From contig NIVC01005128.1 of NCBI GenBank assembly GCA_002269645.1, positions 1 to 25,321 of the forward strand: a stretch of DNA of 25,321 bases. The letters are read 5' to 3'. The DNA is from Macrostomum lignano. Its lineage: Eukaryota. The notes beneath the pieces were generated by a model. The model was not told the origin of the DNA. It worked only from the letters and a program-made list of their open reading frames with translations, and searched no databases. Shown here one piece after another: positions 22,590 through 25,321 of this stretch (positions within the stretch are counted from its first letter, which is position 1; each line of letters starts with the position of its first letter). The position numbers and the translations under genes were made by a program.

Positions 22590-23356
22590 GCCCCCAGCCC
22601 GCTGCCCCTACGACAGCCGCCTGTTTCGCTCCATTATCAATCGCCACTTCGAGTCCAGCGACTCTCTGCCGCAGTCATCATCGCAGCAGCAGCAGCAGCG
22701 GCGGCAAAGCTCTGGAAGCAGCTGTCGGAGCCGTCGAAGTCAGGCACCAGCTGACCGACTCAGCGGCGGCAGCGGCGGACTTGCCGACGTCAGCAACGGC
22801 TCCATCTCAAGCTCGTTGCATCGTCGGGAATCGTCGCGCAGCGCTATGCTAGTCCAGCGAAGCCTTCGCGAGCTGATGCGCCAGCAGTCGCTGAGCCAGC
22901 AACAGCAGCAACAGTCCTTGGCTTCCAATCCAGTGTCTCGACGTGAATCCTCGCTGTCCATGGCTCCGCTTGATTCGGCGCCCAGATCGCCCTGTTTCAC
23001 AGTCAGGATGAGCTGATTGAGCATCTGGGCGGCTTGCTGACTGACCGCTGCCAGCAGCGACAGGTGCCCCAGGTCAAGACCGAAGATGATGCTGAGGAGG
23101 GGGTCAGGTTTTTTATTGGCTCCGATCGGACATCCTCGGCCGCTGCCGGCGACGCAGCAGCGCTGGCGAACTCCGCCCAGGCCGTGGCCGACTGCCTGCT
23201 GGGCCTGCCGCCGATGCCGCAGACTGAGCTGTCGCTAAGCGACATCACCGAGCATCAGAGAATTATTAAACGAAGCAGCGAATTAATCAATTTTGCTGTG
23301 CAGTGCCTTGATCAGGTCCAGCCGGCGGATTTAGGAGACGACGAGAAATGGACTAT
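22590..23356 (+). CDS. Large exon of an unidentified host gene (S/Q-rich low-complexity region then a helical region), with an apparent 1-nt frameshift near 22975
   Basis: GC-rich. TTTACTTTGAACAG acceptor and AT/GTAAGA donor. Frame 1 (RPPARCPYDSRLF...SMAPLD) joins frame 3 (FGAQIALFHSQDELIEHL...DDEKWT) if one T is added at GATTCGG. Confidence 0.65.
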
Positions 23357-23456
23357 GTAAGATCCCTTAGCGCTGGATGCTGACCTTTAATACCATTGTC
23401 CATGTAGGAATCTCTTTTGAATACAATATATTTATATCGTTTCTATTTGTGTACAG

Positions 23457-23553
23457 GAGCCAGCTCAAAGTGTTCGGTCTCCTCACGGCTCTGGACCAAG
23501 CTGGCTGCGCTGACGATATCGACTCGACAGACGGCGAGGCGTTGGTTAAATGG
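23457..23553 (+). CDS. 97-nt exon of the same gene (M-SQLKVFGLLTALDQAGCADDIDSTDGEALVKW)
   Basis: Follows a 100-nt GT-AG intron (23357-23456) with frame continuity. Donor TGG/GTAAGC. Confidence 0.72.
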
Positions 23554-23739
23554 GTAAGCAAATTGTTGAAGACTTGGATTAATGTATTCGCCAACAGGCT
23601 GGGTCGATGTATTGTCAGTTGGGTCACATAGATCAATCTAGGCCAATAAAGGCTATTAGGTCAAATAAGATCATTGGTTAAATTTTAGTCTTAGGGTCAA
23701 TTTTATGTCTTTGTGGCATTTATTTCGGTCCTCTGGTCA

Positions 23740-24718
23740 ATATAGGCCATCGTGTCAATGCGGGTCATCAGGTCAATCTAGGTCATCATGTCAATCTAGG
23801 TCATCAGGTCAATCTAGGTCATCAGGTCAATCTAGGTCATCAGGTCAATCTAGGTCATCAGGTCAATGTAGGTCATCAGGTCAATCTTAGGTCATCAGGT
23901 CAATCTAGGTCATCAGGTCAATGTAGGTCAATCAGGTCAGTGTAAGTCAATCTAGGTCAATCATGTCAATCTAGGTCATCATGTCAATCTTTGTCATCAG
24001 GTCATCTAGTCAATCTGGGTCATCGGGTCAATCTAGGTCAATCTGGGTCATCAGGTCAATTTAGGTCAATCTGGGTCATCAGGTCAATCTAATGGTCAAT
24101 CTGGGTCATCGGTGTCAATCTAGGTCAATCTGGGTCAGTCATCGGGTCAATCTAGGTCAATCTGGGTCATCAGGTCAATCTAGGTCAATCTGGGTCATCA
24201 GGTCAATCTAGTCAATCTGGGTCATCGGTCAATCTAGGTCAATCTGGTCATCGCGTCAATCTAGGTCAATCTGGGTCATCAGGTCAATCTAGGTCAATCT
24301 GGGTCATCGGGTCAATCTAGGTCAATTCATCAGGCAATCTAGGTCAATCTGGGTCATCAGGTAAATCTAGGTCAATCTGGTCATCAGGTCAATCTGGGTC
24401 ATCAGGTCAATCTGGGTCATCAGGTCAATCTAGTCATTCAGTTTAACCTAGGTCATCAGTCAATCTAGGTCATTCAAGTTAATCTAGTCATCAGGTTAAT
24501 CTAGGTCATCAAGTCAATCTAGGTCACATCAATCTAGGTCATTCAGGTTAATCTAAGTCATCAAGTCAATCTAGGTCATTCAGGTCAATCTAGGTCATTC
24601 AGGTTAATCTATGTCATTCAGTTCATCAAGGTCAATCCTGGTCATTCAATCAATGTAGGTCATTCGGTCAATCTAGGTCATTCAGGTCAATCTAGGTCAT
24701 TCAGGTCAAAGGTCAATC
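23740..24718 (+). repeat. Intronic complex satellite of 8-10-bp RGGTCA-based modules (GGTCAATCTA, GGTCATCA, GGTCAATCTG, GGTCATTCA)
   Basis: Dozens of same-strand modules are visible, with a degenerate lead-in from about 23625. Confidence 0.93.
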
Positions 24719-24730
24719 TTATCCCTCCAG

Positions 24731-25194
24731 CCCCCGCCAGTCGTTAACCGCGCCCCCGCTCTCATCTTCCGCAGAGCTCTTAACCAGCTGCGCAGTCATT
24801 TATTCTTCCCGGACGGCCGAGTGTCCAGCTTTCTGTCCGAGCGGCTGGCCTCCGTCTGGCCGAGCCGTCAGTCCGGCATTGGCCGCTTGTCCGAGACATT
24901 CGTCTGGAGAGGCCTGCTGTCAGCGACGACGAAGACGAAGACACGACTCTCGCAGGACGCGAGCCTCTGTTGAACAGCTTGAACGCCAGCCAGCACGACA
25001 TCGCCACGGCAGCGGCCTTCTCGATGCCACCATCGAGGACGCAATGCCGAGTTTCCCGACTTGTCGGCCGCCTCCCCATACCGCTTTCTATTGCGGAGTT
25101 GAACCGCGTGCTGTGCGACACCGGCCGCGACGGTGACTCGGCCGGTCCGACGCCACGGTGCGCAGCGCCTCCTCCACAGTGCTGCGCCGAATGA
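24731..25194 (+). CDS. Probable downstream (possibly terminal) exon of the same gene, exact acceptor uncertain
   Basis: GC-rich block after the satellite. Candidate acceptors end at 24730, 24774, 24787 and 24795. Frame 1 is open 24784-25194 (LVRDIRLERPAVSDDEDEDTTLAG...CCAE*). Confidence 0.45.
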
Positions 25195-25249
25195 CCAGTG
25201 AGAGAGACTGCTGCTTTTTTACTGCTGTCGTTTGGCTAAAAGCTTTAAG

Positions 25250-25321
25250 CTCGAGACTCTCAGGCTCGAAGTTTCTCCGACTCGAAACTTCTCAAACTCG
25301 AAACTTCTCAAACTCGAAACT
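25250..25321 (+). repeat. Start of a 16-bp tandem repeat (CTCGAAACTTCTCAAA) running off the window edge
   Basis: Degenerate then exact copies at 25250-25321. Confidence 0.7.

Noticed and set aside
23705-23890. GQSRSS-repeat ORF
   Set aside because: It is the translation of the RGGTCA satellite inside a predicted intron.

Overview
Eukaryotic (probably invertebrate) genomic DNA: AT-rich intronic/intergenic sequence with GC-rich exons and very dense transposon content. No prokaryotic genes, RNA genes or CRISPR arrays are supported. Positions 274-9045 form a three-level nest. A short CAT-ended TIR element contains an 8.1-kb foldback-type element (664-8747, identical 80-bp termini, TGGACTGT target duplication). 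The arms of that element are inward-pointing arrays of a 177-bp repeat (about 22.7 and 7.9 units). The whole space between the arms is a 5'-truncated, mutated RTE-type LINE (AP endonuclease + RT, (AAC)6 tail) with no target duplication. Further right lie three copies of a palindromic ~170-bp MITE with 8-bp TSDs, a small HSP20/CS-fold-like ORF, an 18-bp purine-rich minisatellite and a 4.86-kb element with 524-bp apparently identical TIRs and an 8-bp TSD. The window ends with at least four phase-compatible or probable exons of an unidentified + strand gene, one intron of which holds a ~1-kb satellite built from RGGTCA (nuclear-receptor half-site) modules. All alignments were done by eye.
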